Positions 12,661 to 27,400 of a DNA stretch of 64,000 nucleotides are shown in pieces. The stretch comes from the human T2T-CHM13v2.0 reference genome, Homo sapiens, in NCBI RefSeq assembly GCF_009914755.1, contig NC_060934.1. One strand, written 5' to 3'. Made by a program: the position numbers and the translations under genes. Position 1 is the first letter of the stretch; each line of letters opens with the position of its first letter. The notes under the pieces are model-generated. The model was not told the origin of the DNA, ran no database searches, and was given only the letters and a program-made list of their open reading frames with translations.

Positions 12661-14934
12661 TTAGTACAAGACCATATCACTCACTTCTGCAGTCCCACTG
12701 CCTTGAAAAGGGCTGGGAACCACATACACACTCAATAACTGTTGAATGAATAAGTGAATGAATAATGAATGAATGAATCTGAGTCCTCCACCAAAATGTG
12801 TGACCCAATTCCCTTCTCTGGAGCTTAACTCAGCTCTAAGCTGGATCCAAGAGAGAAACAGCAAAACTCATTTTGGAATATGGTTACGGACACAGCCTCC
12901 TTTCTCTGATAATTGAGTATCCCTGGCCCCGGCAGCAGTGGCCATGTGCAGCTGGTGCTGTGGCCTCGTGCTGCCCCCTGCTGGTTGCCTCCAAGACAAG
13001 GCCAGCAAACCCAGAGAGACTCAAGCCCAGCCAGGTGAGTGGTGGGATCACATGAGCACCTTGTCTGCAACTTCGGATGCTCCCGCTTTCCTCCTCTCGA
13101 CGATTGTCCTGGTTGCTTTGCTCACTGGGGTTGTGCCCCCACCCTGCAGGGCCAGGGCCAGACGCACGCTCCTACTGCGTGACCGCAGGTCTTCAGCATG
13201 CTGGATCCCGACAGCCCTCAGTGCACAGCAAGCCCCGGGGACTGGCGGGATGCTCTGCTCCTTGTCTATACATCTGTCTCCTTTCCAAGCCTAGAATGTG
13301 ATCTCTTTAGGGCAGGACCCACAGGCCACCCCCACACTCTCCTTGCCTGCCCCTCCACAGGTCTCTGTGTCCGAGGCAATTTCAGAATCCCCTCAAGACA
13401 GGACTTTGCTGCTGCTCTTGCCCGAGCCCTGTCGGGGCTGGATTTGTGGGCTTCTCTCTGGGTTCCCTTTGCGGACTTTTTGGGTATCTCTCTCAAATGC
13501 AGTCACTTTTTTCTTTCCTCAGCATCAGCAGGGAAAGAATCTGGACTTTTCTCTGAATCAGGTTCTTTTGGAGAACACTACTAAGTATATGCTTGTGATT
13601 TTCTTGTGATGACCTCGCGTCATTTCAAAAGGACAAAGGGGTTCAGGCTGGGAACCTGTAACTCAGGACAGTTTAGGGACTCTGCCTGGGACCCATCAGG
13701 CCACCAGCAGAGGGTCCGGTGCACAGATGGATGGTGGGGATCTCCTAGGGGATCTCAAATGGAAATGACATTGTTGTTCCGCCAGCTTCTACACTGTTCT
13801 TGTTTCTTGTTCTTGGGCTTCCTGGGAAGTCAGCTGGTGGAAGCACAGGATTCTTGCAGAAGTCCCTGAAGGTGCCTTCACTGGGTGCATGATGAAGCTG
13901 GGGGCAACCCCCTTGTTGGGTACACTATGGACCTGCAGGGCAGTGCCCTCTTAAGCCAAGGATGACAAACATTAGCACACATACTTACCCTCTCCTCCCC
14001 CATATCTGTGCCAGATGCAACTAATCAACGATCTCCTACACAGCCTGGAAAAGATCCTGAAAGCCATTTAACCCCACAGTCATTACCAAGGGATGTGAGA
14101 TGGTGTGGGGAAAAAGACTCATTGTCCAGCCCTCCAGCCCTGCCCAGAGCTCCTGATGTGTCCAGCTTCCTATCCCCATGAGAATCTATGACCTTGACAA
14201 TTACAGAAGTACCACCAAAAGCCATATGCCGAGTTGCATGTGAGACCCTTTTCCCCAGTGAGAGCATCCTCTGGAGACCTCACCTTGCCCAGCAGTGCTG
14301 ACCCTTTCCTGTGCTGTCTGCAAGCAGTTCCTGGGTGGTCATCTCTCCTACACTGATGGGATCTGGTTCCCAAGCACCCCAAGGGCAGGAATCAGAAAAG
14401 GTCATGAACATTTTGGATTCACTATGTGAAAAGGGTCTGGGGAGTCCAGAGGTAGAAGCTCCCAACCATGGCTGAGATGGAGGGGAAGGTGATGAGACAT
14501 GGTTTAACATCACACTCACTGTTATATGGTCGTGCTTGCCTAATGCACCAAGATTATGAGCTAAATTCCACATCAGATAAAAAGCAGTGCCGCTTTCCTC
14601 CTCAGCCAGGGAGCTGTAAACCACCTGGAGCTTCAGGGCAAGGAGTGTAAAATCTGACCCCAGGCCACAGAGCAAAAGCAAGGGAAGGATGGGAAGGGAT
14701 GCCAAATTTCCTGAGTTCTTGCTGCTTTCAATTCTGATCAATGCCTAAAAGGAAGTGAATATGTTATCTCAAAATTCTTTTTATCTTTTTTGTATCTCTG
14801 CTCCTTTCTTATCGCTACTACATATGTTGGCTTTTTTTTTCTTATACAGATTTATCAACATGTATTTGTCTAATTCAACTCTTAAAACGTCTAGTTTCTG
14901 AGATAATTTGTCATATCTATTATTGCTTTTTGTC

Positions 14935-15222
14935 GTTGTCAACACAGGGTCTTGCTCTGTCTTCCATGCTGAAGTGCGGTGTCACAATCATGGCTCACTG
15001 CAGCCTCAACTTCCTGGGCTCAAGTGATCCTCCTGCCTCAGCCTCACAAGTATCTGGGACTTCAGGTGCACGCCACCACACCTGGCTAATATTTATTTAT
15101 TTATTATAGAGACAGGATCTCCGTATGTTGTCCAGGCTGGTCTTTAACTCCTGACCTCAAGTGATCCTCCCCAGTCAGCCTCCCAAAGTGCTGGGATAAC
15201 AGGTATGAGCCACCATGCCCAA
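14935..15222 (-). mobile_element. Alu (J-type)
   Basis: Diverged antisense dimer. Confidence 0.9.
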
Positions 15223-16666
15223 CTTATTTCTATTATTGTCATTTGTTTTATATTTCATTAATTTCACTTTTATATTTATTTGTTTTGTCCTTTTTTTGTT
15301 GTTTTAAAAATTTGTTTTAAGAAGATGAACACTTAGTTCAACTATTTTCAGTCCATGTTTTTTTATTTTTAAAATTTTAGTAATGAAAGCAAAGTTACTT
15401 ATTTCCTCTGAGTATAGCTGTAACTCTATCTCATAGATTTTGGGATACATATTACTGTTTCATTAAGGTTTAAAAATTACTACTAAGATTATGCATTTTT
15501 CACGTATCAGTACTATTGGCCATTAGTATTTCTTCCTTTATGAATTTCCTCTTCTCATTCTTATGCCGTTTTCCTATTTAGATATTCATTATTTTCTTAT
15601 TGATTTATCTGTTGTGTACATTGCAAATACATAACCACTTTTCTTTTACATTGTGTTTTACTTTTCAGTAGAAAAGTTTTACGTATTTCTTATGTAGTCA
15701 GATATATCAATATTATCACTTTGGGTTCCCCTGTCTGATAACATTCTTAGATAGCTCTTTTTCCTTCCAAGACTACATAAATTGTTACTTATATTTTCTT
15801 CTAATTTTAATTTGTATATGTAATAAAATAATCTGATTTTACACTTCCTCTAAATGTTTATTTAACCCAGAATGATTCATTGGTAAGTCATTGTTTTCCT
15901 ATGATTTTGGCATTCTCTCTTTATCATGCATATAGAACACATACGTGTATATATACATACTTGAGCCCATTTTTAGCCTTTCTATTCTTTTTCATTGTTC
16001 TATTTCTGTGTCATTAATATACAACTTCAATTATGCTAGTTTTATAAAACCCTCTAACATAGATGGGTCAAGTTCATCCTAGTTATCCTATTTTAAGCAA
16101 TTTTCCTAACCCTTGAGAGTCATTCTTTCAATAAGAGCTTTAGAATCACTTCATGAAGTCCTCACACCTTCCTCCACTCCCTCTTTTCTTTCCTGTGAAC
16201 ATTGTATAGGGGTACAGTAAGTGTCTAGGTTCTCTGCGGGATCCCCATCCCTCTCATCCTCTCTCTGTTCTCTCAGGCCGTCTCTCTAGCTGGGGGCCAA
16301 GCATCCCCTTCCTGCCCTGATCCTTCCCTCTGGTCACAGAATGCGTTTGCTTGGCCTGAAGTTGTCATCAGAACTTTCAGCCCTGGCCTGGCCCCAGGCA
16401 CTTACGCTTCAAATGAAGTATTAAGGGAATTAAAAAATAAATATGTACAAGGGCTGGCAATGAGGCCACTCTGCAATTTCCTCAGATCAAAGGGCCTAGA
16501 GACATCTTAAAAACACTTTATTCAACCCTACAAACAGGACTTACATAAGGACCATTCTGCTCAGGCAGGGTGCTGCTAAGTCCCTCTCTGTGGCTCAAAG
16601 GTGTTTCAGCCAGGTAGTCTGAGATTGCCTACAGACTCTTAAGTAAATAGAGGGCAAACATGTTAA

Positions 16667-17129
<463 letters not shown>

Positions 17130-18479
17130 TTGTACAAGAACTTTATATCTACCAATCTGTCTATAATCACAGAAGACATGGCAGCAGACGAGAGGGCATT
17201 TTAGAAATGTATACCCACTCTTTTCTGCTTCTCCCCAGGAGTGACCCACATCACAGGTTCATGCCTGCCTTCAAAAGTCCTCTCAGTGAAAGATTGGCGA
17301 GAAACAGTAAAACCTACCATAAGATGCCAGGCCTGCTGTTAGCCATAGAGAGGTCTAATAGTCACAGGCAATTAGAGTGGACAGTAATGAAGACTGCTTT
17401 GATCTCTGAGTGGCTTGGTAATTGCACAAAGAGAGGTCTCTTCTCTATTCTCATGGTTAAAACTCTTATCATCCGTCCATTCATTCTAAATCCACTTGTT
17501 GAGCACCGCTATTGTCCATTGCCAGAACAATCCTGCAGCTTACTCATCTTGTTATGTTAGGGAAGTGCAGGATCACGAGGGCATGACTAGCCATGTCAAT
17601 CTTTGTATCCAATGCCTGGATAAATATTTGACATACAGATTAAGACTGCATTTCTCTAATAGATAACTAGTTTCTTTGCTCTAGGTAGGTAACTTGAAAA
17701 TGTCAAGCACATCATTAAACTTGAATTTTAAGGTGAACATCTGGAAAGGAAGAGTGGTTGAGAATGCCCTGAACTTACGCCACTCAAGTTTCAGTGATGT
17801 GTATCAAGGGGATTCAGAACATAGACAGGATCCTAGAAAAGCAAACGTCAGAGGGCTCCACATCAGCTGCTCATTATGGAATGTGGACTGGGTTGGTGAC
17901 AGAAGGTTGAAAACCAGGATGAGACTTGAGAGTGTACTTTTTAACTGAACAGGGGTTTCTCTATGAAACTGCTGTGAAAGTCCCCGCTTCAGACATGGAT
18001 GGGTCCCAGCCTGCTCTCATGGTGTCCATGGTGAGAGTCACAACATCACCTGAGAGTGCAAATCACTTGACACACAGGCTACTAAACAAGGGACCCTGAC
18101 TGCTACAGTTAAGGTGGGGCAGACACTGAGATCTGTGTTGACCTTGGCCCATGTGTGTTAGTGCAGGGGAGACCTCTGTGCTCAGGAACTGGTTAGGACC
18201 TGAATTTCTGAAATAACTGCTTCAGTCCCCTATTCCAATCAGCCTGTGCCTACAGATCTCAAATGGCCCTCCCTGCTTGTTCTCTGTGCTGGAGAGCAAA
18301 CCAGACCCCTGTGGCCCATGGCACTGATGGATCTGAAGCTTCTTCTTGGGGTTTGAAGTATCCACATTCCAGGCCTTCAACATCATAGGATATTTTTTTC
18401 TCTCCACACACTTCAACTACGCTGACTTTTCCCTTAGCAAGAAGTAGGTTTGGCTTAAGTATTGGGGTAGGTAGTGGTC

Positions 18480-18918
18480 ACTTTCAGGGGGTCTTCCCAG
18501 ACCATCATGATCTTGCATCTATCCCAGTGGCCATATTGTACCACGGGACCCACTCCCCAAGTTTAGTTGATTGGACCAGAGATGGGCATCTGAGACAGAA
18601 AGACTCATTTCCACAGGAGTTTCCAATTGATCCCATTGGAGAGTTTCTGATTTCTGTGCAGCCATCTTTAGGACACATGATTCTTAATGCTTGGGTAGTC
18701 AAGAGACCAGGAAGCAGAGGAAGCTGGTGTGCAAAAGAGGGAAAGATGCAAAGATGCACAGGGAGAAGCAGAAGCCAGGGAGAGAGCATGCCATTACCTG
18801 AGTCCCCCTAGTCCTTTTTAAGCCCATTTGGAACCCTTTGTTCAGAGAAAAAAACACTTCTCTTGGTTTATGCTACATCCAAGTGTTTTCTCTTACTTGT
18901 AATAAAAAAGCCATTCTG
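18480..18918 (+). mobile_element. Old MaLR LTR (MLT1-like)
   Basis: Resemblance to MLT1 consensus, ending gttttctcttacttgtaataaaaaagccattct. Confidence 0.5.
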
Positions 18919-19194
18919 AGCTCCCTCGATGAATGTGTTTCGGTGTGGTCTCTGAGTAGTTTGCTCATTATTGTGTAACTGACTTATATTTCAGAAGCTG
19001 CCACAAATTTGGGGATTTTTTTTTTTCAGTAACTGGAGAATGATCTTAGCAGAGAACCTGGGCTGCATGCTGTCTTGAAGTGTGGCTTTTGTTTTATAGA
19101 CATGTTGTCCTATATATGAAATGTAGGAGTGTCGGGAAGAGGGATGGGACTGGGGGGTCCCATCCAGAAAGAGAAGTCTCCCTGGTTTGTGTAA

Positions 19195-19543
<349 letters not shown>

Positions 19544-20375
19544 TTGTTTGCCCCTTTTATGGGGCCATGGTTCATCCAGGTGTCACTGACATCTTTTGAA
19601 CACAGGTGTCATTTAAATCATTATGTGCAATAATATGTCAAATCAACTAAATATGCATGATCTTTGGCCTATATATTTACAGCCTAAATGTATGGGCTTT
19701 AGGGTCAAAATGACCTTGCTAATGACCCAGCTGTAACACTGACACCCCCTTTTGTCCCTGCACAGGTTCATCCCTCTCTGTGCCTTGGTTTTCATATTTG
19801 GAAAATGACGAGGAGGATTTAACTAGATTATCTCTAAGGTTGAATGGGGAAAGAACATTCCTGGAATCACCAGGCAAGAAGAGGATTGGAGGTAAATCGG
19901 AGCTTGGCCAGAGACCCTTTGTTCCAAAGTTCCCTAAGATTTCAGACAGCTTTAGGATTGTGCAGCTGGTACTCCTCCCATGAGTCAAGAGGCAGTCATG
20001 TTGGCAGTGATGGAGAGAGATCCTGGGCAGTGCAGGGGTGAGGAAGGGCCTACTGAGTGCAGGGCCATGTGGCCTGGCTGGGGAGGCAGACATTCTCTGC
20101 CAGGTCACCCTGCCATGCTGTGCAGCTTCCTGGGCTCAGACCTTGAAATAAGAGGCAGCAATGGAGGCTGGGAGCCTCCTTTTATCCCTGGGCTCCAGCC
20201 AGAACTGGCTAGAGGAATCCAGGGTTCAGGAAGAGGTGCTGAATAGGGATACATCTGCAGGGGAGCCACCAGCCTCCAGAAGGAATTTGAATGAGGGGAC
20301 AGGATGAGCTCATCTCTGGAGTGAGTGTATTCTGAGAAGACAGCTGAGAGCTGAGACTTTGGCACTGCACCATTA

Positions 20376-20682
<307 letters not shown>

Positions 20683-20995
20683 GAGACCAGGCAAGAGTGG
20701 TATCTGTGAAGCTGGGAGGAGGAAGTGCTTGAAAGAGGAGGGAGAGATCCGCAGGGTCAAATGCAGCTGATGGTTTGAGAAAAGGGCCTGAAAAGGAGTC
20801 TTTGGGTTTAGGGACAGGAAGGTCATTGGAGACCCACTTTTATCCCTTATAGGGAAAGTAGGCTGGCCCCTTCTTCCCCTGAAAGGAGTTTTAGTGTGAA
20901 GGAAGCCTCACATTTCACTCTGTGGTGTCCTGCAGCAGCTGTAACTTTTGGCCACATTCTGGAGAGAAGTCCTTCCCGGCACAGATGGTCACCTT

Positions 20996-21001
20996 TTTAT
21001 T
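20996..21001 (-). terminator. SFTPD: SFTPD polyadenylation signal
   Basis: AATAAA on the minus strand about 85 nt after the stop codon. Confidence 0.85.
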
Positions 21002-21084
21002 AGGATATTGGCAGCATGAGGGTCTAAGCCTTGACTTCTGGCCAAACTCCTGGGCCAAGCACTGCCCCACCCACCCCAGTTGGC

Positions 21085-21461
21085 TCAGAACTCGCAGACC
21101 ACAAGACGCTTTTCTCCACAAGCCCTGTCATTCCACTTGCCATTGGTGAAGATCTCCACACAGTCCTCTGACCCGCCATCATCGTTGGGCTCCCCTGGGG
21201 CCCAGTTGGAATAGACCAGGGACTCTCCTGTGGGGTAGGTGAACTTGCCCTCTGTCTTGGAATCAGTCATGCTCAGGAAAGCAGCCTCGTTCTTAGCTAC
21301 GACCAGCTGTTGCAAGGCGGCATTCTCAGCGGCAGAGCGTGGAGAGGCCAACTGTCCACCAGCCTGTGTGCACAGCAGCTGTGCCTCCGTAAATGGTTTT
21401 ACAAAGCCTGCTGTCTTGAAAATCTTCTCCCCGACACTTTGGCCATTTGGGAAGAGCTCAA
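21085..21461 (-). CDS. SFTPD: SFTPD exon 8, carbohydrate recognition domain
   Basis: [13 protein letters not shown]...[35 protein letters not shown]. Confidence 0.99.
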
Positions 21462-24400
21462 CTAGGAGAAGAAGAAAGTCAGGTTGGGGTTGTGGCATCA
21501 CCTGGCCAAAGCTCAGGGGCTGTGAGACCTCTGTGCTCCAACCTGAGCCTTTCAGACCTCCCAAACAGGCACCACATCAGGATGCCAGAGAGAATGCAAG
21601 AGAGATTGTTCCAGAACAGCCCCCGTCCCATGACCTACCCTGTGAGGTGACACCATGATTCCCCACTTACAGATGAGAGTACTGGAGTTTAGAGAAGCTA
21701 AGAGGCTCAAAGTCACACAAGCAGCAAACGTGCAGTTAGGAATTCAACCTCACTCAGTCTGACACCAAAGCTCAGACATGCTCTTTCTATTTTGGCACAT
21801 GCTATATACTAGAATTGATTTCTCAATTACTAGGTAGAAGTGAACAATTTTTCCCAAGTTGATCACAGTGTAGACCAGGCCAGTTTCTGAGAGTACAGAA
21901 AACACCTGCAGTTAGCCCACTGTCACCCTGTACAACAGTAGGGGATGTGGGGTTGTCGGAGAGGGTCTGTGCTGTGTGATGGGGTGATGAAAGGGGAGAG
22001 ACAGGAAGAGGAGAGGACATCTGAAAGCTGTCAGATGCTAATCTCTGCTCTGGGTCTGGCCTCATGTCGGCCTCTTAGTATGCACATGGATGATGTCCTA
22101 GCCAGTCAGCCTGCCTGGGAGGTGCTGAGGGAGTGGAGGAGAGCATCTGAAGGGCATGTGTGAGTGAGGCGCAGGGGAGTGGTGTTAGTGCTGGAGACAG
22201 CCCTGGGTGGGAACTGGAAGACCAGGCATTCAGATCCACATTGCGTGGGCAAGGGAAAGTCACTTCCCTTTTCAGGGTTTCCATTTCCTCATCTCTAAAA
22301 TGAGGGCTCACTTCACAAAAGCTGTTGCGTGGGCAAGGGAAAGTCACTTCCCTTTTCAGGGTTTCCATTTCCTCATCTCTAAAATGAGGGCTCACTTCAC
22401 AAAAGCATTGCCTGTGTGACATGTCAAGTATCTCTTTTTAGTCTGTCTTTGTGGCTCTTGGGCCCATGCATGGAAATCTTCCGCAAAGGACACTGGAAGC
22501 TCCAGAGAAGGCTGTGCCCCTGGCTTTGTTGGGCTGCTCAGAATGCAGGCTGCACCCTGACTCATCGTCCTTAAGATTCTCCATGGGCTCAGGGTGGCAC
22601 CCAGAGCAGCCCTGAACAAAGTCAGCATAAGAGTTCATGTACCATTACTAAGTTTATGTGCCATGCACATATGTGGGCATGCCTTTGAATATATGTGCAT
22701 CTACCCAAAGGTACATGGGAGTATGTAAGGTTCATCTGGATGTGTGTGCATATTTGTGTGTGCTATATAGACAACATATGAGCTCATGTATGTAGATGGA
22801 GGTGGAGTGAGTGATGGTGTTTAAGTGCACACACATGCAGTGGGTGCATATGGACATGTTCCTCTGTGTGTTTCTGTCACTGTGCCTCTGAGTGAATTAG
22901 AGCATATGCAGAAAGAGATATATACCAAATGCTTGAAACTCTCATTTCAGAGCTTGGGTACTTAGAAGCCAAACCTGTGTTGCACCCAGTCAGCCCTTTT
23001 ATGCTCTACTACTTCAGAAAACTTTAATCTTTTATTTTTTGGCTCAATGAGATGCGCCTGAACTCAAAGCTGATATCAGGAAAGGCGGAGGAGAGTAGGG
23101 GCAGTTGGGCACTGATGTGGAGATTCAAAAAGGCACCAGGCCCTCAGCTGTGTGTCCCTGGAGGCCTCTGACTCTTCAGGATTCCAGGGTTAGGGCAAAG
23201 TCTCTGCTTTAAAATACCTCCAGAGCTGCAGGTAGAGCCCAGCAGTGGCTGGAGCCCAGAAGCAGCCTGCCCCCTATTTGAACCAAGAGCACGTCTAAGG
23301 TGAGATATCTGATGGCCACATACCAAGGTCAGGCCCCCACCTGCCTTGTACCCCCAGAGCAGAACCCCAGTCCTAGTTCCCAGAACAGTATCTGGTTTCT
23401 GGGCTGCCTTGGGATGTGCAGCAGCATCACTGGGGACTCCCATACCTGGCCCCTCTGAGGTAAGAAATGCAGCCCGTGTTGGGTAGCCCCTTATCTATCA
23501 GAGGGACCAGCACAAAGTAGGCAGGAGAGAGGCTCTACTGAATTGCACTGGACTCAGGACAACAATTTGTCTCAGGGCACAGGTGGCATTGAGGTTGGTG
23601 GGTAGTTCAGGAGCCTGATGGCCTTAACTATGCTACTGCCAGCCTGGTGAGCTGGTGATAGGGGCCACATCCTCCTCCTTTGCCCCCTTGGATCTACTTT
23701 GAGCTCCAGGAGCAGGTGGCTGCCCTCTTCTAGCCCCATCCCAGCCTGAGCCCTACCCCCTGCCACAGTCCCAGGTCCAGCCCTACACAGGTCCCAGCTC
23801 ATTCCCATCCTAGACCCAGGGCAGGCTCTGCCTCAGGTCCAGCCAAAGGTCTAGCCCCAGCCAAAGGCCAAACCAAGGTCAAGATCTAGTGTGGGGCCCA
23901 ATGCCAGTGCTGGGTCCAGGTTCAGATCCAGGAACTCACCTTTCTTATACTGAGAGAAAGCAGCCTGGAGGTGCTGTACTTGTCCCTGTAAGGCCTCAAC
24001 CTGCTGCCTCAGAGAAGCAACATCTGGAGGGGAGAAAATGGCCAAGTAAAGACTTGTCCAGAGAGCGAAGGAAGAGCTCAGAGTCTGGGCCCCAAAGGAA
24101 GGGTGTCTAGTTTCGGGCACATATTGTGGGGCTGACCCACAGCAAGCCCACATCTACTGACACAGCTGGCCTCTGCTGTGTAAGGATGTCTTATGGTTCT
24201 GCTATGAACAAATTGCTGCCTGTACTTCACTGACACTGAACCAGATGACATTGTGACTTTAAAGTCTTGGAATATAATGGCATCTCCATTGGGTGGGTGG
24301 GGGGGTTGCTGGGCAGGAATACACACTCATGTGTTTCCTATCCACTGGGTTTTTAATGCCCAAAACTGTCCTATGAATTGGGAAGGCAGTTGTAGTTTTC

Positions 24401-27400
24401 CCGATAGTCAGATGGAGAAGCTGCCCAGGTTGCTTTCCCATGAGTACTAAGTGGCTAAGACCAGAGCCCCATGCTCCTGCCTTCCAGCCTGTCCGCCTTT
24501 CCTGAGTTCCACCCACCAGCTGCCATTAATGGGGCACACATCCCAGAGCCCCTCCTCTGGGATGAGGAGGGCTTCCTCTCTGCCCACCCATGCCCCAGCG
24601 GGGCTTCCCTGGGCCAGGAGCTGCTACCTTACCTGGAAGCCCACTTTCTCCCTTTGCTCCTTTGTCTCCAGGAATGCCTTTGTCCCCCTTCAATCCCGGG
24701 GGTCCCCTGGCACCTGGACTTCCCTGGGGACCCATGGCTCCAGCAGACCCTGGGGTAAAAGAAGAACTGGGTGAGCTATGTACTCATTTTATTTTTTTTG
24801 TTTTTAGCATTTTTACCTTCCCATACATGGACTAACTATCCTTATTGCCCAGAAATAGACAGATGGTCCCCAGTACCCAGCCATGCAGCTCCCTGTACAC
24901 TGACTGTCCCTGTCACCCAGCAATCAACCCCGCTGTGGAAAACTGCCCCGCCACCCAACAACTAACCTTCCCTGTATACAGACTTCTCCATTGCTTGCGC
25001 CCCACTCTCCCTAGATAGGAACAGTCCCCAGAGCCCCCTCATGCACCCTTCTTGGATACAGATTCTCTCCATGTTCCAGCGATACCACCTCTGCCTTTGT
25101 GGGTGGTGGAGGGGGTGTAGGCATTGACAGCTCCAAGCAGGCACAGGAGAACTGGACCCAGCCCAGCCCAGCTCTTTCCACTGCTCACCTGCTGCCCCTG
25201 CGTTTCCAGGGACTCCACGCTCACCAGGGACACCTCGCTCTCCCTTAGGGCCTGCGAGGCCTCTTGCCCCTGCCGAGCCCTGCATGCCTGGGGCACCTAC
25301 TTCTCCTGAAGAAGGAACACACAGGAACAAACACAGCTAAGAGCGCGTTCAGCAGGTGTGGTTTTGTTAGCAATGGAGCTTTTTGCCCGCAACTTTAGGG
25401 TCAGAGAGAGAAGTGGGGAGACTCTCCTTGCTTTCTGGGGCTCCTCTGTGGAGGGTGAGAGGAAAATATTGCAGTTGTGGGGATTGGGAGGGTGCATGGC
25501 AAGCCTTTGCAGCATCAAGGGTCTGGGCTCTCCCTGGCACTCTGAGCACGCCTCAGGTCATATCATGGACCCTTGTCCTTCCTCCTTTCCCTTCTCAGAC
25601 TGGCCACAGACCAGCCACCTACCTTTGGGCCCAGCTTCTCCTTTTGGGCCTGGCTTGCCCTGAGGTCCTATGTTCCCCTGCTTCCCCAGGGGACCTTCTC
25701 TTCCAGCTGGACCAGGCACACCGGGAGGTCCTGGAGGTCCTGAGCAAAAGCACCAGCCCGGTCAGTAACAATGAATCCTCTTGGCAGGAGGAGTGTGTAG
25801 TAAGGTGAGGGTAATAACAGAGGTAAGGGAGGCAGCATTGTTGTCCTCCCAACAGCAGGTCCCATCTGTCCTGAAATGACCCAGTGCCACCTTCAGACAA
25901 CCTTCTTCCTGGGATGGGCTCTGTGCGTGCCCACTGGCATATCCTTGCAGCTGCACCACCACCTGGAAACACCTGAAGTCGACACCCAGTTGCTCACCAC
26001 TTGGCCCAGTGTCTCCCTTTGGTCCAGGTTCTCCAACAGAGCCATTGTCCCCTTTGGGCCCAACTGGGCCAGCTTGTCCAGGCATCCCTGCTTGCCCTGC
26101 AGCTCCTGGCAAACCTGTAGCAGCAGAAGAAATGGACAAAGACCTGGCCCTAGACCCAGAAAGGGCCAGCCTCCTGCAGGATCAGCCCCTAGCATTCCTT
26201 TAGGATTCTGCAGAGCATGAGACTTCCACCGTCACACACCCAGGCCCAGTGGTGATCCAGGAAATGGGTATCAACATCCCCATTTTATAGATGAGGAAGA
26301 AGCCTTCCAGAGTTGGAGGCGGATTAAAGCCAAGACCTGCCTGACCTTCTATGCGGTGCTCCTTCCCCTACCCCAAGGCCACTGTATTGATGGCAGGCAA
26401 TTTGTCAGCTCTTACCTGTGATCATGGACTTCTTGCATTCCATATATATATATTAGGGAAGCCAACCAGAAATGGCACCAGACAGGTGGTGCTAACTTGT
26501 TCATTCAGTTATTGGTCGATTTGCTCATTTATTTGTTCACTAAGAGCCATCTATGCAGCATCTACTTTATACCTAGCACTAGGCAAGATGCAAATCTGAG
26601 CTTAGCCTCAGGTCCTGCTCAGCAGGGGGTTCATAATACACTGTGAGACAAGGGAGAGGAAGGACAATGCATGAAGTGTCCCTCATCTCATCTGAGCGTC
26701 CCCACCCCAGCACTCACACACTCAGAGCTTTCTTCTTCAAAGAGAAAGTGGGATTTTAAGAGCAAGGAGAATCGAGGGAGATTTGCAGAGAGGAGGTGAC
26801 ATTTCAGGCTTGGAAGCCATGCTCCCGTGGCAGAGGAGGCCAGGCCTCCATGGGGGGTGAGCATGTGGTTGTGGGTAAATTTGCTGGATGGGTGGAAGAA
26901 TCTGTGCTGGCGTATCCCAGCAGCACCACCACCTGGAAACATCTGAATTCCATGCCCAGTGGAATTCCGTGCCCTGGGTCCAGCCACTGGTTACAGTCCT
27001 TATTAGGGATGAAATGGAAGCACAGAGGGTTATAGGATGGGCCCCACCTCTGACACCCAACAGCACATTTTCCTCAAGGCAGGATGCCCTGACCCCATGT
27101 GGAGCCTTGCTTGGGCTTCACCCAGGCCAAGTCAGCAGCAGGAAGATGGACCAAGAGAAAAATGTCACTCTCCAGAAGAGAGTGTTAGAGCCCACTTGTT
27201 CTTGGTACACAAACTATGGAGGCCATGAGAGCACCAGGGTGGAGGAGGGGCACCTCCCCAAATGCTGCACCCATGCCTTTCAAAACACTCACTGTGTATC
27301 GTAGTGTACCCAGAGACCTAGACCTGCACCCGAGTGCCACCTGAAGTGGAGCTTTATGGCCCAGCCTTTTGCCTGTTTTGACTCCTAAAATTCCTCCACC

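Noticed and set aside
22075-22422. 115-aa ORF with an internal 28-aa repeat; 84-bp period equal to the length of SFTPD exon 7
   Set aside because: It results from the intronic duplication being a multiple of 3; there is no sequence similarity to exon 7.
21239-26203. Plus-strand ORFs overlapping SFTPD exons (e.g. 21239-21658, 24590-24835, 26009-26203)
   Set aside because: They are antisense shadows of GC-rich collagen and lectin codons with no independent coding evidence.
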